Source: Heptranchias perlo
Taxonomy: Eukaryota
Assembly: GCF_035084215.1 (NCBI RefSeq)
Contig: NC_090346.1
Location: 4,836,001 to 4,900,000 of the forward strand
Reading direction: 5' to 3'
Length of the DNA stretch: 64,000 nt
In this document: one piece after another, positions 1 through 12,638 of the stretch
How the letters are laid out: the number at the start of each line of letters is the position of its first letter
How positions within the stretch are numbered: position 1 is the stretch's first letter
The notes under the pieces: generated by a model
What the model saw: the letters and a program-made list of their open reading frames with translations, nothing else
What the model was told of the DNA's origin: nothing
The model's database searches: none
Translations under genes and position numbers: made by a program

Positions 1-146
1 AGAACTCCCAGATGTCTGGTGACATCTTTCACACACATGCTGACTTTATTTCATCAATGATTGAACTATGAGGAGCCTGAGTATGGTGATTGGCATGATT
101 GTTACTCTGCCAGGATTAATGCATATCGCTTTCTTTTGTCTTCCAG

Positions 147-1085
147 GGCCTTCACATGTACAAGAATCTGCGGAGATGCATGACAATTCCTCAGAGGACT
201 CCATTCCTTCTAAGGGCACAGCATCACTGTACGTACAGTGCAGATACTCACACCTCGGTGGATCCTGTTAGCCAGTTAGTTGGGTTTTCACCTGGTGATT
301 CACAATTCACAAGTGAGCACGAAGACACTGGTGGCAGGGGCAGCTGCAGAGAGTCCGCGTCGGAGGGCACATTCCTCTCCAAGCTCTGCTCAGCTGGACA
401 TAGATGCTGAACCCCGGGGAATATCGTTTAGAATGAGAATGATTGCGGTACAGCTGCAACTTTGTGAGGTGCTCGCAAACGTGCCATGCACACACTCAAC
501 AATAGCGGAGAGGAAGGAGGAGTCCAGCTCCAACAGTAGTGGATTGTTATCCCAGGTAATTGCGAGAATGTCTGCCATGGAGAGAGTGCCGCCTCCATGG
601 AGCTTCAAGCACAGGTCACAAATGAGTCTATTCAGGCCATGACCACGGTCGTGCAGGAGAGTCTGCCACCTTAAACAGGATGACAGATACCTTATCCATG
701 GCCTTACAATGCATCACTGATCTGCACCAAGCTGCTCTCCAACAGAATGGTGGGAGTGATGTGCCCAAGAGAGGGTTGATGGCGAAAGGGGACATGGAAG
801 TGGGAACTCCGCTCAAAGCGCTCCCACATCTCACCCGTTGCCCCCCACCCCCTCAACCAGTACCTGACATGCTCTCCCGATGGCCAAGTCTCCCCTGCAT
901 AGGTGCAGGTGGAGCAGTCTTTGGCAGGACCCTCATGGTCTCCAAAACCCAGAGTTTGTAGGCCAAAAGCAACTCAGCAGTCAGGGCAGGGATCTGTGCA
1001 GCCTGCCAATACCTCTGCTGAAGCCACAGGGGATGCACCACATAAAAGCGGCAGGAAGCATAAGAGAAAGCAATTGTATACACAT
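147..1085 (+). pseudogene. Frameshifted last exon of Harbinger Myb/SANT partner gene
   Basis: Acceptor ttcttttgtcttccAG at 145-146. Peptides DNSSED, LVAGAAAESPRR, MTDTLSMALQ and ATGDAPHKSGRKHK, in different frames, match the 10159-11156 exon. Confidence 0.85.
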
Positions 1086-1374
1086 GGGTGTTTGAAGAAA
1101 TGTTATGTGTGAAGTTTCCTTTTTTTATATCGGGACATAAAATTTATTGATTAGCGCCACTTCCACGTCTTGCCCATTATTGTGTCTTGAGTGCCAATTC
1201 ACCCTCTCATTTGCTTCATGATGAATGTCAATACACAATGGGACCTATTTGCAGATGTGAAATGGGTGTATGCATGGTTAATGGACTGTTTTGTGCAAAA
1301 GGTGGGGGGGTGGGGGTTGGTGGTGGTGGTGGGAGTGGGCCAGAGGATTTCAATGTTTCTTTTTCCAACTCTGA

Positions 1375-2601
1375 CTAAGTGGACCTTTGAGATATGAGGA
1401 CATCCCTGGCATCCCGGGCAGTAAGGTATACGACTGGTCTGGCGCTGGGTGACCCATCTGAATATTGCTCCTCCTCCTCCTCTCCTTCAATGTTCTCGTC
1501 ATCAGAGGATGATTGATGAGCACCTTTGTCGACCCCAATCGCTAGTCCTCTCTGCTGCGCAATGATGTGCAGGACACAGCTCACCACTACAATTCTTGAT
1601 ACCCTTGCTGGTGAGTACTGAAGGATGCCTTCAGACCTATCTAGGCACCTGATGCGCATCTTCAACATGCCGATGGCTTGCTCGATGGCACACCTGGCGG
1701 GCATGTGGCTCTGGTTGTATCACTCTTGCGCCCCATTGGTGGGGTTCCTCACAGGTGTCATGAGCCAAGTTTGAAGTGGGTATCCCTTGACTCCAACAAG
1801 CCAACCCTTAAGTCTGTCTCCTAGTAGGAAAAGGTCTGGAATGTTGAACTGCCGCAATGTAAAGGCATCATGACAACTGCCAGGGAATCTGGCACGCACC
1901 TGCATGAACCTCTTCTTGTGGTTGCACACCAGCTGTCCATTGATGGAGTGAAATCCCTTGCGGTTGCTAAAAACTCTGGTTCATGTGGTGGTCCTCGGAT
2001 TGCCACGTGTGTGCAATCGATGGCACCCTGCACCTGTGAGAAGCCAGCCAGGGAGGCAAAACCGACTGCCCGCTCATTCTGGCTATTATCGTCATAAGGG
2101 AAGTTCACATATGTTGACGCCCAGGCAAACAACCCATCCGTCACTTGCCTTATACATTTATGTGCAGGCAACTGAGAGACCCTGGAGATGTCTCCGATGG
2201 TGTACTGGAAGGAGCCAGAGGCAAAGAAATTGAGGGCAGTGGTGAGTTTTACAGCAACAGGTAATGCGTGGCCACCAGGTCCAGCAGAGGGTGGCTCTTC
2301 TTGAAGGAGGTTGCAAATGTCTGCGACTACCTGCCGGCTCAATCTAAGCCTGTGTAGGCACTCTTCTTCAGAGAGGTCCAGGAAGCTCAGCCTCTGCCTG
2401 TAGACCCTCTCACGTGGGAAGGGCCTCCTGCGACCTCAGCCCCTCTGTTGCTCTCCTCTCTGCTGTTCTCCAGATCTGAGTTATACACCTCTCTCTCGTG
2501 TACCCGCAGATCCCATCACAGCATGATGTCACTGCGATGGATGGCCATTTTCTTCCTCCTCTGATGTCCCCTCGAATACATCCAAGGCATGTATCCCCCA
2601 T
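1375..2601 (-). pseudogene. Frameshifted Harbinger DDE transposase
   Basis: Split ORFs carry [24 protein letters not shown] (catalytic D changed to V) and AIEQAIGMLKMR. Confidence 0.92.
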
Positions 2602-5600
2602 CCTGATCTTGTCAGTTTGAAAGCCTCCAAAGTTCTGAAAAAGCTGCATGAACACAAGAACTCTCTACCAAATGTTTACCAAAGGGAACTGAGACACCAG
2701 CTGTAATCACTGAGCTTTTATCCACATCAGGCAATCACAACTTTAAATACCCACATGAACTGTGGCTCAATCTTGCCTCCGTTTCACTGGCAAGATTCAC
2801 AAGCTCCGGGAAACCCATGCTGGAGGCGTTAAATTTGAAGGTCTTTTAAATTCAATTTAAACACACCTACTTAACGTCTCATAATGACGTTAATTGCTCC
2901 GATAACTACCCGCCCGCCTGCACTAATTAGGGACCTGTCCCTGGCGTGTAGGTTACTCGCACGCATCCAAACGTGCCTCCGTTAATCCCGGAGGTAGGCG
3001 TGTTAGAGCCGGGTTGCATTCCCGCTGGAAAAATCATTCATTTTAACTTCCCTCCTGCCCCCCCCCAACCCACCTGTTTTTGGGGATTAAAATTCTCGCC
3101 AATGAGCATAGAGAATGGCAGACATATACTACTGAAGAGAGAAAGAAATATAGTTGGTAAGAATGAGAAATCAAAAGACCCCGTGAATGGGATTTGCAAA
3201 GTCGAGCCTTACAATGGACAGGCAATATTTCACCCTGTTTAGTGCTACAGCAAATTTGCGATCAATTAACCCACACTGAACAGCTGTAGTAATAGGGCAG
3301 CAAATCATAGCCCAGAAGGTTTTGAAGTCTAAGCCTCAGCTTCTTTTACGAATTATCTTGCACTTGTTGCATGAGTTTGGTCATTTTGATTCAGAAATAG
3401 AAAAAATTGGTCTGACTAGGGCCACAGTGCAATTCCTATCAGCTGGTCCAGGAGTAGTATCAATGATGGGCATGGGCAAGTTTCTAACTTGGACTGTACC
3501 TTATTCTCAACTAAAAGAACTGCAAGACTAAGAAAATTCCAGTTAACATAAAACGCCAAGCATTATTTTTCATTTTGCATTAAGTCAAATCCTAATGACT
3601 TATTTTGCTACATTTTTAAAATTCATTTGCTCTTCTTGAAGATTATTTCTATGTGATTATGTTCTGCTATCACTTCACAATTATAAACACATATTTGTTC
3701 TGCAATGAACTGTCTGTTTGCAGCTCACATTAGAATGATTAATTAGGCTTTGAATCTCTGGCACGCTGAGATCTTCGGCAGATTTCTTGTGATGATAATT
3801 TTGTTTCTTTAAGTGCCACAATTTTCTGGTAGCAACTTCTCTCCATATCTGCAGATTCTCATGGTGTGAGGAGGAGGAATGTTCCTTGCAACGATGGTGT
3901 GATTATATCCGTAGTGTCTCAAACAGCGGCCAGGAGGGTTTTTTGAAACTTAAGTAATGAACTCCAAAGCTGAAACTGAGAAACAAAAAATTTATTTTAC
4001 AGTCAGTGAGGGGGCAGTCCTTTTTCCTGCGGCATAATCTGATTGTCTGGCTGTGCAGGACAAAGCAAGCTGATCTCACCTTGTTTATTTGCCCCAAGGT
4101 ATAATTTCAACTTTCACCTACAGAAACATCTTTCATTGATTATTTCAAATAATAATTCTTAGGAATAATAAGTATTAACAAGTCAACAGTAATTTTAATA
4201 TTATTGAAGTTCACATTAGCTCAGGTTTCGGCCTTCCTTTGTTGTTATGCTTGCTATAAATATTATTCGAAACAGCATAAATTTGAAACAAGAAGCTACA
4301 GTATGCACGCTCCCCCCTCTTCCAGAAGTTACTCAGCCTCTGAATATCATGCTACCCACCCTCCTTGGTTTACATCTGAACCATTTTAACTTTGAAAGGA
4401 GAGTCGTTTATTTTCCACATGTCTTTGCCCATAGATGTAAGTGACAGGCAATGAAACCGTTCTTCAGTTACTTTGCTTCTGTAATACAGTATCAGCCTGG
4501 GCAGATGGACAGCACCCCAGCTGTGTCACTCTTCCCACAAGGGAGATGGTTAATAAATGTTTTAAAATGAAAGGCATTGTCAAACAGTGTGCTTTGAATT
4601 TTGGTACTCGTTTTAATTGATGCACAAAATGAGAAAAAGAGTTAAGTGAACAATACACAGCTTCTACCAGGCATATTTTTTGCCTTAAAGCAAATACCAA
4701 TTATCGTGTAGCTGTACCTTTCTTCCATCTGCTAGGCGATCTTCAAGTCAAAAGCGACACAGCAGTCATGTTTTACAACAGTATACCTGGTGTAAAGACT
4801 GAATGGTTAGTCACAGATTTCAGAGATTAGAAAAGATATTGGAGGTTGTGCTGTTCTATAAGGTTCAAGTCCACGAAGGCCCTTTAACTCCATGAACAAT
4901 GTGAGCATTTCCTTTACTGGGCTGTGCCTAAATGAGTTCCAGACAAAACACTGTGCAGATAATGCCTGCTCAATTATGGGATTTCAGAGATCAAACCAAG
5001 AAGAAAAAGACTCTCTTCAAATAAGAGACAAAACTGACTCTCAGCCCTGCTCGCACAGAGCTCTTCCTTTCTTGACCCACAGGCCGCTGGCTTTGAGGGA
5101 GAAGAACGGACACACCCAAAGCACATTTCTATGGGCGACTACTTTTGTTTACAAGGGGTGATCCGAGAGGTTGGTTAATGGAACACAGTCTCCATCTGGT
5201 TGATTACTGATGTAATCATACATTGCAGGGTTAATCATGTAAAGCTTTTAATACTTTAGACTGTAGTTAAAGGATTTTCCATATCAAATGATTAATATCA
5301 GACTTCTCTTAAAAGAAATGCAGCCATTTAGTTTGTGTTTTTTGAGACAAGTTTTGACAGGGGCTGCCAGCAGAGTGCACCTGATGATTTTCTGTAGGTC
5401 AGATGTTATCTATTTCTCTCTCTTTCTCGTTTCTTCAAAGCGGAGAATTTTTTTTCAGTGAATACTATTTGATTGGAAAATTAGACCTGAAGCAAGTCTT
5501 CGAGTTAATATGTATCACGTTGCCCTGAGGACTGGAAAACTGTATGAGTCATAACCCACTCCATGCCAGAGTCTCTTTGACTAGTGTTAGCGGAGTTTGC

Positions 5601-5995
5601 AATGCACCACTGGCAGTGATATTTCCCCCTCCACCCCCCATTGTGACATGCAACTGATTTGTCATATGCCCTAATGTTTCTTCTACATGTTATGCCTGCT
5701 TGAGTAACTATTTCCTGCTATTTACAAGTGAAAGATCTGTCTCACAAGAGGAGTGCTTTTCTCGCTCATCTCAGTGTGTATCAATTTCAAATATTCAGAG
5801 AGACGATATCCACAAAGATGGAAATTTGAACTTACTCCATTCTCCCATTTCCAAAATACTCTGATGCAACTTCTCTCCTCAACCCCAGCAATTTAACATG
5901 ATGATTAAAATACTTTGAGGCCAAAAAAAAGGGCAGAAGGTCAGGAAATTAGGTTGGGACCCATACTTGCTCTGCCTGACCCCCAAGGAATCCTA

Positions 5996-6454
5996 AAGAA
6001 AGAAAGACTTGGATTTACATAGTGCCTTTCATGACCTCAGCATGTCCCAAAGTGCTTTACAGCCAATGATGTACTTTTTTGAAGTACCGTCACTGTTATA
6101 TTGTAGGAAATGCGGTAGCCAATTTGCGCACAGCAAGATCCCACAAACAGCAATGTGATAATGACCAGATAATCTGTTTTAGTGGGTTGAGGGATAACAT
6201 TGGTCAGGACACCAACGAGAACTCCCCTGCTCTTCTTCGAAATAGTGCCAAGGGATCTTTTACATCCACCTGAGAAGGCAGACGCGGTCTCGGTTTAACA
6301 TCTCATCTGAAAGGTGGCACCTCTGGCAGTGCAGCACTCCCTCAGTACTACACTGGAACGCCAGACTAGATTTTGTGCTCAAGTCTCTGGAGTGGGGCCA
6401 CAGCATTCTGACTCAGAGGTAAAAGTGCTAACTACATGAGCCATAGCTGACACC
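5996..6454 (-). mobile_element. tRNA-derived Deu-domain SINE (SacSINE1/AmnSINE-like), full length
   Basis: Reverse complement has a GGTGTCAGC head, the Deu core (GTGCTGCACTG...AAAGATCCC...GAAGAAGAGCAGGGGAG) and a (TTTC)n tail. Homologous to 41086-41510. Confidence 0.88.
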
Positions 6455-6959
6455 TAAGATGGCCTCCCGAAGATTGAAAAATAAAACTTACCATGGCCTC
6501 TTCCACTCTGCTGCCTCCCGCCAGGTTTCTCTGGCGGGTTTGCCACCACGTGGGCTCCTCCGAGTTATAGCTAAAATAGCGTTGTGGCGCCAATGATATC
6601 TTCACACAGGGAAGAGGGGAGGGAGACAGATCCCCTGGGGGAGGAGGAGTGCAAATTTATCAATGAAACAAATCAGATAATAAAACATGCAGTTAAGACA
6701 ATAGAATAAAAGGTAGTTTTCCAATTTCCATCAACTTTATTTTAAGGCTTTCGATTTATAATGGTGCTATTCTTGCCTTTTTCTCAGCAAATGAACCAAT
6801 GATGTTAATAACGTCTACAGATCTTGCTAGATCACGTTCCATGGCAAGAGCTGCTCAGCCATTAAGTCTTGACTGACCCATAGTTGCACACTGGTAGTTA
6901 CTTCTGAATGATCTTTCTGCACTGACCACAGACTCTGGTATGCAGCAAAATATGCGAAG

Positions 6960-7530
6960 TGCAAGAAAATTCAACACGGATTGCAATAAACAACGTGCTG
7001 CATCACTGCTGTCAAGTCACGTTCAATTTCTTCTCCATTAGGAAGTGGGTAGAAGGAAAGTGCATGGGGGAACAGCTTTTCTTTGATTTCCCTTTGTGGA
7101 TAGAATTTTATTTTCCAGTTATGAAGCACAAGTCTGTCTATGTCATCCTTTTTTTTTTAAGAGGTCTTGCACTTGAAAGAATGTTCTCCATAGAAACATG
7201 AGATGGTTCTATGGTTCATCTTGATCCTCTTTGTGCTCGTCCTCCCCCTGTGCTTCATCTAGACTAGGTGTAGGAGGAATACCATAGTCTTCATTTTCTT
7301 CAGCTTCAGACTCAAACTGGTCCTGCTCCATTTCATTGACATCAGCACCAGAATAAGATGTGTTAGATATTTCACCACTCTCTGTCTCTGATAACTCTGA
7401 AAATTTCCCGCTGCACTGAATTGGTTTCCATCCAAAAGATTCTTAACTTTTTTCTCCTTGCTTCTTGCTCTGTAATTTTTTTCTGCTTTTCCTTTCTTTT
7501 ATCTGCACCTGGCTTGTATACATCCCTCAT
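6960..7530 (-). pseudogene. Decayed 5' part of a hAT (Tip100-like, TTF-type zinc finger) transposase
   Basis: Manual translation: MRDVYKPGADKRKEKQKK, an acidic linker, then KFYPQREIKEKLFPHALSFYPLPNGEEIERDLTAVMQHVVYCNPC*IF, with stops and frameshifts. Confidence 0.6.
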
Positions 7531-9261
7531 TTCTGTCTATGTAATGTATTTACTGATTACAATCTGAAACCCTCCAGATTTCCATTTTTCTGCTTTTACA
7601 GGTAAAAGCTCACTGTTCGAGAAACAACAAAGGCCTAGAATGTTCCAAAAATCCTTTTTGGGTAGTTTGGGTGGACAAGGCTTAGTGAGTTACAGTGATG
7701 CCCTTGTGACACCCTGGCATCACCGAGTGGTGAGTGCAAATCAGATACTACAAAAACTTGCTTTTATTCAATTTATTGCTATTTTTATGAACAGAAAAGA
7801 AATATGGAGTTAAAATTTATGGCAATCACAGTTATCTATGTTTTATGTAAGGTTAATTAAGCTACCCCATGAATCCACAACAGAAATAAAGCACACAGAA
7901 TTTTATATTTTCAGTCACTATCTGGGCTATCCCTGTTCTTTTCTGTTTTCTGTTAAATAAAGTTTAAAAAATCTTATAGTATTAATTAAATAATGAAAAT
8001 TACAAATACTTAAATTCCATTCGATTATAATCTACCACAGATTTTGAAATTGAATTCATTGGCAACAAAGCTCGGCATATGGGTTGGGCCCCAAAAACGA
8101 TATGCCGGGCCCCCGAATTCCTCTCAATGTGCCTGGTGATGACATACTCTAGATAATAGTATGATATAACATTTAAGTTGGATCAAGGATGAAATGCATC
8201 TTGTATGTGATTTTTAATCATTGCACATTCTCTCGCTATCTCACTTTTTGAACTGAGTAGTGATGGATTTCATTGTCTGATGCAGAAACCAATATCTAGG
8301 TTGGGGATGCTGAAAGTTATGCAGTACGCCAGTATTATTACAAACTTTCATTACTTCCCCCAAAAGTTATTACTTTGTCCTGGGAACTTTATTGATTGTT
8401 CCTGTGATTTTTTTGAAATGCCCTCAAGAATTTCAAACCCAATTGTTTTGAGAGTGCCTGTGTGTTATGGAAACCTGAAGCTTCATATCACTGATATTAT
8501 TAAGCTACAATGGTACTGCATAATTGTGCAGCACTGCAGAAAAGTCTGCGTGATTATGACCAATATAATTGCATTTGTTTGTTTAGTTTCTTTGAAATAA
8601 AAGCTTGTTTTTCTTTTTTAAAAAAAATAATACAATGTAGTTAAAATGATTGTACTGCCAAACATGAAGTTTTAAATTAAAAAGAACTGTTGAAATCCCT
8701 ATTGTTTCTTGGTCACCAGCCAACAAGTGCTTGGAACTTAATAAACCACAAAGTAAGATTAGTGAGAGGTCAGTAATGGACCTATAGGAGTATTGGTACA
8801 GTAGTATCAGCACTAACTATGCACAGATCAGAAACATCACTACTCCAGAATAGCCCCGAAAATTGTGTTGTCACGAAAATGGGGATGGGGTGGAAATCTG
8901 TTAGACTGTTACAGGAAAAATTGGTTTTGAGAACATGGGGAGAGATTGCCTCTGTGCATGAGGTGTAAAGAAATTGTAAACACTTTCTTTGTAAATATAG
9001 AATGAATCTTGCACTCAAATGATCAGTCACTGGCAACATTATGGCAGACATTATGCACAGAATGTTGGGTCAGTGGGCCCGATTTTAGCAGGCATGCGGG
9101 TTCCTGGTGGGTGGTCCATCGGGAGCGTGGAAAACGCGGACGGCTAAATGAGTGCACCCCCCGCGCGATCGCCATTAAGCCGTGGTTACGGGTTCTCCGC
9201 TCCCCAGTTGCGTGCCGGCGACCTGCGCATGCGCATTGATGTTCGCGCGATGGTGGAGCTC

Positions 9262-9269
9262 TATTTAAA
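9262..9269 (+). promoter_or_regulatory. Putative TATA box of the Myb/SANT gene
   Basis: TATTTAAA about 50 bp upstream of an ATG in strong Kozak context (caccATGg, 9319), downstream of a CpG-rich subterminal region. Confidence 0.5.
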
Positions 9270-9318
9270 GGGGCAGTCCACCAAAGCCCCTCCAGCTTCA
9301 AACAAGAGGCATCACACC

Positions 9319-9558
9319 ATGGAGCACCCCAGTGGTAAGGCTGCACCACGGTTTTCGGACCTCGCGCTCCAGCTGCTGCTGGACGGTGTGAGGAGGAGGA
9401 GGGACACGCTGTTCCCAACTGACGGATGGAAGTGCCCTGGCTCCGCCACCAGGAAGGCATGGGCAGAGGTGGCGGCGGAGGTCAGCAGCAGGGCCAACAC
9501 CACCAGGACATGGGTGCAGTGTAGAAAGCGATTCAATGACCTCACTAGGTCCGGCAAA
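9319..9558 (+). CDS. Harbinger Myb/SANT-like DNA-binding protein, exon 1 (80 codons)
   Basis: MEHPSGKAAPRFSD...KAWAEVAAEVS...RTWVQCRKRFNDLTRSGK, followed by donor GTGAGT at 9559. Confidence 0.92.
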
Positions 9559-9882
9559 GTGAGTACACCAACGCACCCTCCCACAACCCGTCTCCAACAT
9601 CACGCCAAACACCTCACAACCCCTTCTGCACAGCCACCACAGCGCTCCCGCAGCAATCCTCACAGCCACTCAACTACCATCCTCACCGTGCCTGCATGTA
9701 CCCACCGTCCCTGTCCCCACTCGAACACTACCACACATCCCAATCCCCATGCAATGGGATGAGCATGTGGCACACGCATCCTCCCATCCATCTGCCCCAC
9801 GCTCAACCCACCCACACCGATGCTTGAGGCGTCTCACAATGCAATCTGCACTCACTCACGCATCTGTGTTTTGCCTTGACAG

Positions 9883-10042
9883 GAGAAGAGATGCAAGAAC
9901 GCCAGAGAAAGGGCCCGCACCGGAGGGGGCCCGCCACACCTGCTGGTACTGACGGACGCAGAGGTGGAGGCGCTGGATATCAGCCGCACGCAACATTGCC
10001 TCTCCGTGGCAGATGGCGAGGCTGGGGATGCAGAAACGGCCG
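9883..10042 (+). CDS. Harbinger Myb/SANT-like protein, exon 2
   Basis: Acceptor ttgccttgacAG (9881-9882). Phase-0 translation EKRCKNARERARTGGGPPHLLVLTDAEVEALDI contains the typical TGGG motif. Donor GTAAGG at 10043. Confidence 0.88.
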
Positions 10043-10158
10043 GTAAGGGAAAGCTGACACTCAGCACTCATGATCGCGAATGACCTTAGCATCACCTGGC
10101 ATCAGGCGCACCGTAACGTTTGTGCACATCCCTGAGATTGCCCTCTGTTCTCTTGCAG

Positions 10159-11156
10159 GGCCGTCTGCGAGCGCCGTGTCCGTTGAGGGCGATTCCTCAG
10201 AGGACATGCCGGTCTCTGAGGGTCCATCGTCACATATGAGTCAACCATCCACCAGCGCAGAGACACACGCCTCGGTGGGTCCCCCTCGCCAACTAGTTGG
10301 GGTTGCACATGGTGAGTCACCGCACACGAGTGAGCATGAGCAGACCCTGGTGGCAGGGGCAGCCGCGGAGGGTCCGCGTCGGTGGGAGCACTCTTCTCCA
10401 GGCTCTGCTCAGCCGGACCCAGATGCTGAACCCAGGGGGCCACCAGTCAAAAGGAGAGTCATCGAGAGGCACCAGCACATTGCCGAGGTACTGGGAGAGG
10501 TGCCACGCGCATTGTCCACAATCACGCAGGTGATGGAGGAGTCCAACTCCTGCATGCGGGCATTGGTGGCACAGGTACAGGAGGGTATCGGCGACATAGT
10601 GTCGCGGGTAGGTGCGGGAACGTCTGCGGTGGAGGACAGGCTAGCCTCCCTCGAGCGTCACGCACAGCTCAACATCGAGTCCATGCAGGCCCTGACAACG
10701 GCTGTTCGGATTCAGGGTGAGCAACATTCCGCCGCCATAAACAGGCTGACGGATACACTACAGGTGGCCTTGCAAGGCCTCACACATGCCATCCAAACTG
10801 TCGTCCAGCAGGGTGGAAGGGGTGATGTGGGCCGAGGCCATGAGAGGGATGATGGTGAACGGGGACATGGAAGCAGGGACGCTACTCAAGGTGCCCCCAC
10901 GTCTCACCCGTTGCCCCCCTCTCAACCAGTACCCGCAATGGTGCCTCCTCTCCAGGTGGCCGAGTCTGCCCCTGCACAGGTGCAGGAGGAGCAGTCCGTG
11001 GAGGTGCCCTCACGGGCACCGAAACCCAGGGGGCGTCGGCCCAAAGAGTCCACCCGGTCAGGGCACGAACAGGAGCAACCTGCCACTACCTCTGCTGGAG
11101 CCACAGGGGTAGCACCACGTAGGGGTTCCCGTAAACGTAAGCCAACGGTCTTATAA
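10159..11156 (+). CDS. Harbinger Myb/SANT-like protein, exon 3 (predicted helical/coiled-coil region, basic C-terminus)
   Basis: Acceptor tctcttgcAG (10157-10158). A phase-1 join keeps the frame of ORF 10080-11156, which ends RRGSRKRKPTVL*. Spliced CDS is 1398 nt, 465 aa. Confidence 0.88.
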
Positions 11157-11486
11157 GCACAAAGGGAATGCACCAGGGTGTCTGTCCATTTGTAATGTTT
11201 TTGTTTATAGTTATTCACTAAGTACATAGTAAACACAATCGTTCTCAACACTCCTGCCACCTCTCGTCCATTCTTCTGCGGCTTGTGCAATAGGTCCCTT
11301 CCGTGCGGGCCATCATGTCGACGAACACCTGGTCCCGCCCATTGGGCACACTACAGTGGGTGCAGGAGTACTGGCACCACTCTTCTGTGGAGGGGGCTGG
11401 TATGGCCCCTCGTCTGTGCAAGTGAGGAGATGTGAACGCCTCAGACTGTCTGATCCTAGGAGAACCGTTGACATATGAGTGCCTCC

Positions 11487-12638
11487 CTAGCCTGGCGAGC
11501 ATCCCGGTGAGCCGGTGTTCGCGTCCTCCTCCTCATCGTCGTCCTCAATGTGGGTGGCGGGTGTGGATGGGGCCTCCTCCAGTGGCACCCCTCTCTGTTG
11601 GGCCATGTTGTGCAGGGCACAGCAGACAACTATAATTCGTCCCACTCTGAATGGCGTGTATTGGAGCGCTCCCCCAGAACGATCAAGGCACCTGAAGCGC
11701 ATCTTGAGCAGCCCTATGGCCTGCTCAATTGCAGACCTGGTAGCAATGTGGCTGTCATTGTATCGACACTGCGGCTCGGTGATGGGGTTCCTCAGAGGTG
11801 TCATAAGCCACGTGTGCAGGGGATATCCCTTGTCGCCGAGGAGCCAGCCGTTGCCGGTGTTGGGTGCGTGGAAATGGGGCGGGACGGTGGACTCCCTGAG
11901 GACGAAGGCATCGTGGCAGCTGCCGGGGTATCTGGCGCACACGTGTAGGAATCTCTGGCGGTGGTCACAGATGAGCTGGGCGTTCATGGAGTGATACCCC
12001 TTCCTGTTGATGAACAGCCCTGGCTCATGTGGAGGTGCCTGTATTGCTATGTGGGTGCAGTCGATTACACCCTGCACCCATGGGAAGCCAGCCACAGCAT
12101 GGAAACCAACCGCCCTCTCCATCTGGCTGCGCTCGTCCATGGCGAAGTTGATGTAGTGCGAGGCCCTGTGGAACAACCTATCAGTGACCTGCCTTATGCA
12201 CTTGTGTGCAGAGGACTGACAGACCCCGGTGATGTCCCCGCTGGTACCCTGGAAGGATCCGGAGGCGAAGAAGTTGAGGGCAGTGGTGACTTTGACGGCG
12301 ACGGGTAAGAAGATGCTGCTTGGTCCATCCGGGAGCAGCTCGTCATTAAGGAGGCTGCAGATGTCGGCGACTACCTGGCGAGTGACTCTGAGCCTCCGTA
12401 TGCACTGCTCCTCGGAGAGGTCTATGAAGCTGAGCCTCGGTCTGTAGACCCTGTGCGGAGGGTAGTGCCTCCTGCGACGCATCTCTCTCTGTGGTTGCCC
12501 TCCCTCCTGCTGTGCAGGTGGGTGTGCCGCAGCACCGTGTTGGGGGGCTCCACGTCTCTGAGGCGGACGGCGTGGACTGCGAGGCTGCTGGGGCTGGTGA
12601 TGCTGTTCGTCCTCCGAGGATGTCGAGGCGGCCCCCAT
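11487..12638 (-). CDS. PIF/Harbinger (HARBI1-like, DDE_Tnp_4-type) transposase
   Basis: Open frame with [27 protein letters not shown] and AIEQAIGLLKMRFRCL. Likely start is MGAAS at 12638, directly after an acceptor-like ctgccAG. The C-terminal tail is probably frameshifted. Confidence 0.93.
   Translation of the reverse strand: MGAASTSSEDEQHHQPQQPRSPRRPPQRRGAPQHGAAAHPPAQQEGGQPQREMRRRRHYPPHRVYRPRLSFIDLSEEQCIRRLRVTRQVVADICSLLNDELLPDGPSSIFLPVAVKVTTALNFFASGSFQGTSGDITGVCQSSAHKCIRQVTDRLFHRASHYINFAMDERSQMERAVGFHAVAGFPWVQGVIDCTHIAIQAPPHEPGLFINRKGYHSMNAQLICDHRQRFLHVCARYPGSCHDAFVLRESTVPPHFHAPNTGNGWLLGDKGYPLHTWLMTPLRNPITEPQCRYNDSHIATRSAIEQAIGLLKMRFRCLDRSGGALQYTPFRVGRIIVVCCALHNMAQQRGVPLEEAPSTPATHIEDDDEEEDANTGSPGCSPG

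Larger units (their letters stand above)
1..3100. mobile_element. Decayed PIF/Harbinger transposon, left part outside the window
   Basis: Same layout and orientation as 9075-13176: Myb-partner last exon on +, transposase on -. Right end GATTAAAATTCTCGCC (~3085-3100) resembles TGCTAAAATTGGGCCC. Confidence 0.88.

Noticed and set aside
9148-9762. 204 aa ORF as a complete gene
   Set aside because: Only 9319-9558 is Myb-like. The upstream part is CpG-rich subterminal DNA and the downstream Pro/His/Thr-rich part is intron read-through.
10080-10158. ATG start of the 358 aa ORF
   Set aside because: It lies within intron 2. Homology with the decayed copy begins only at the splice acceptor.
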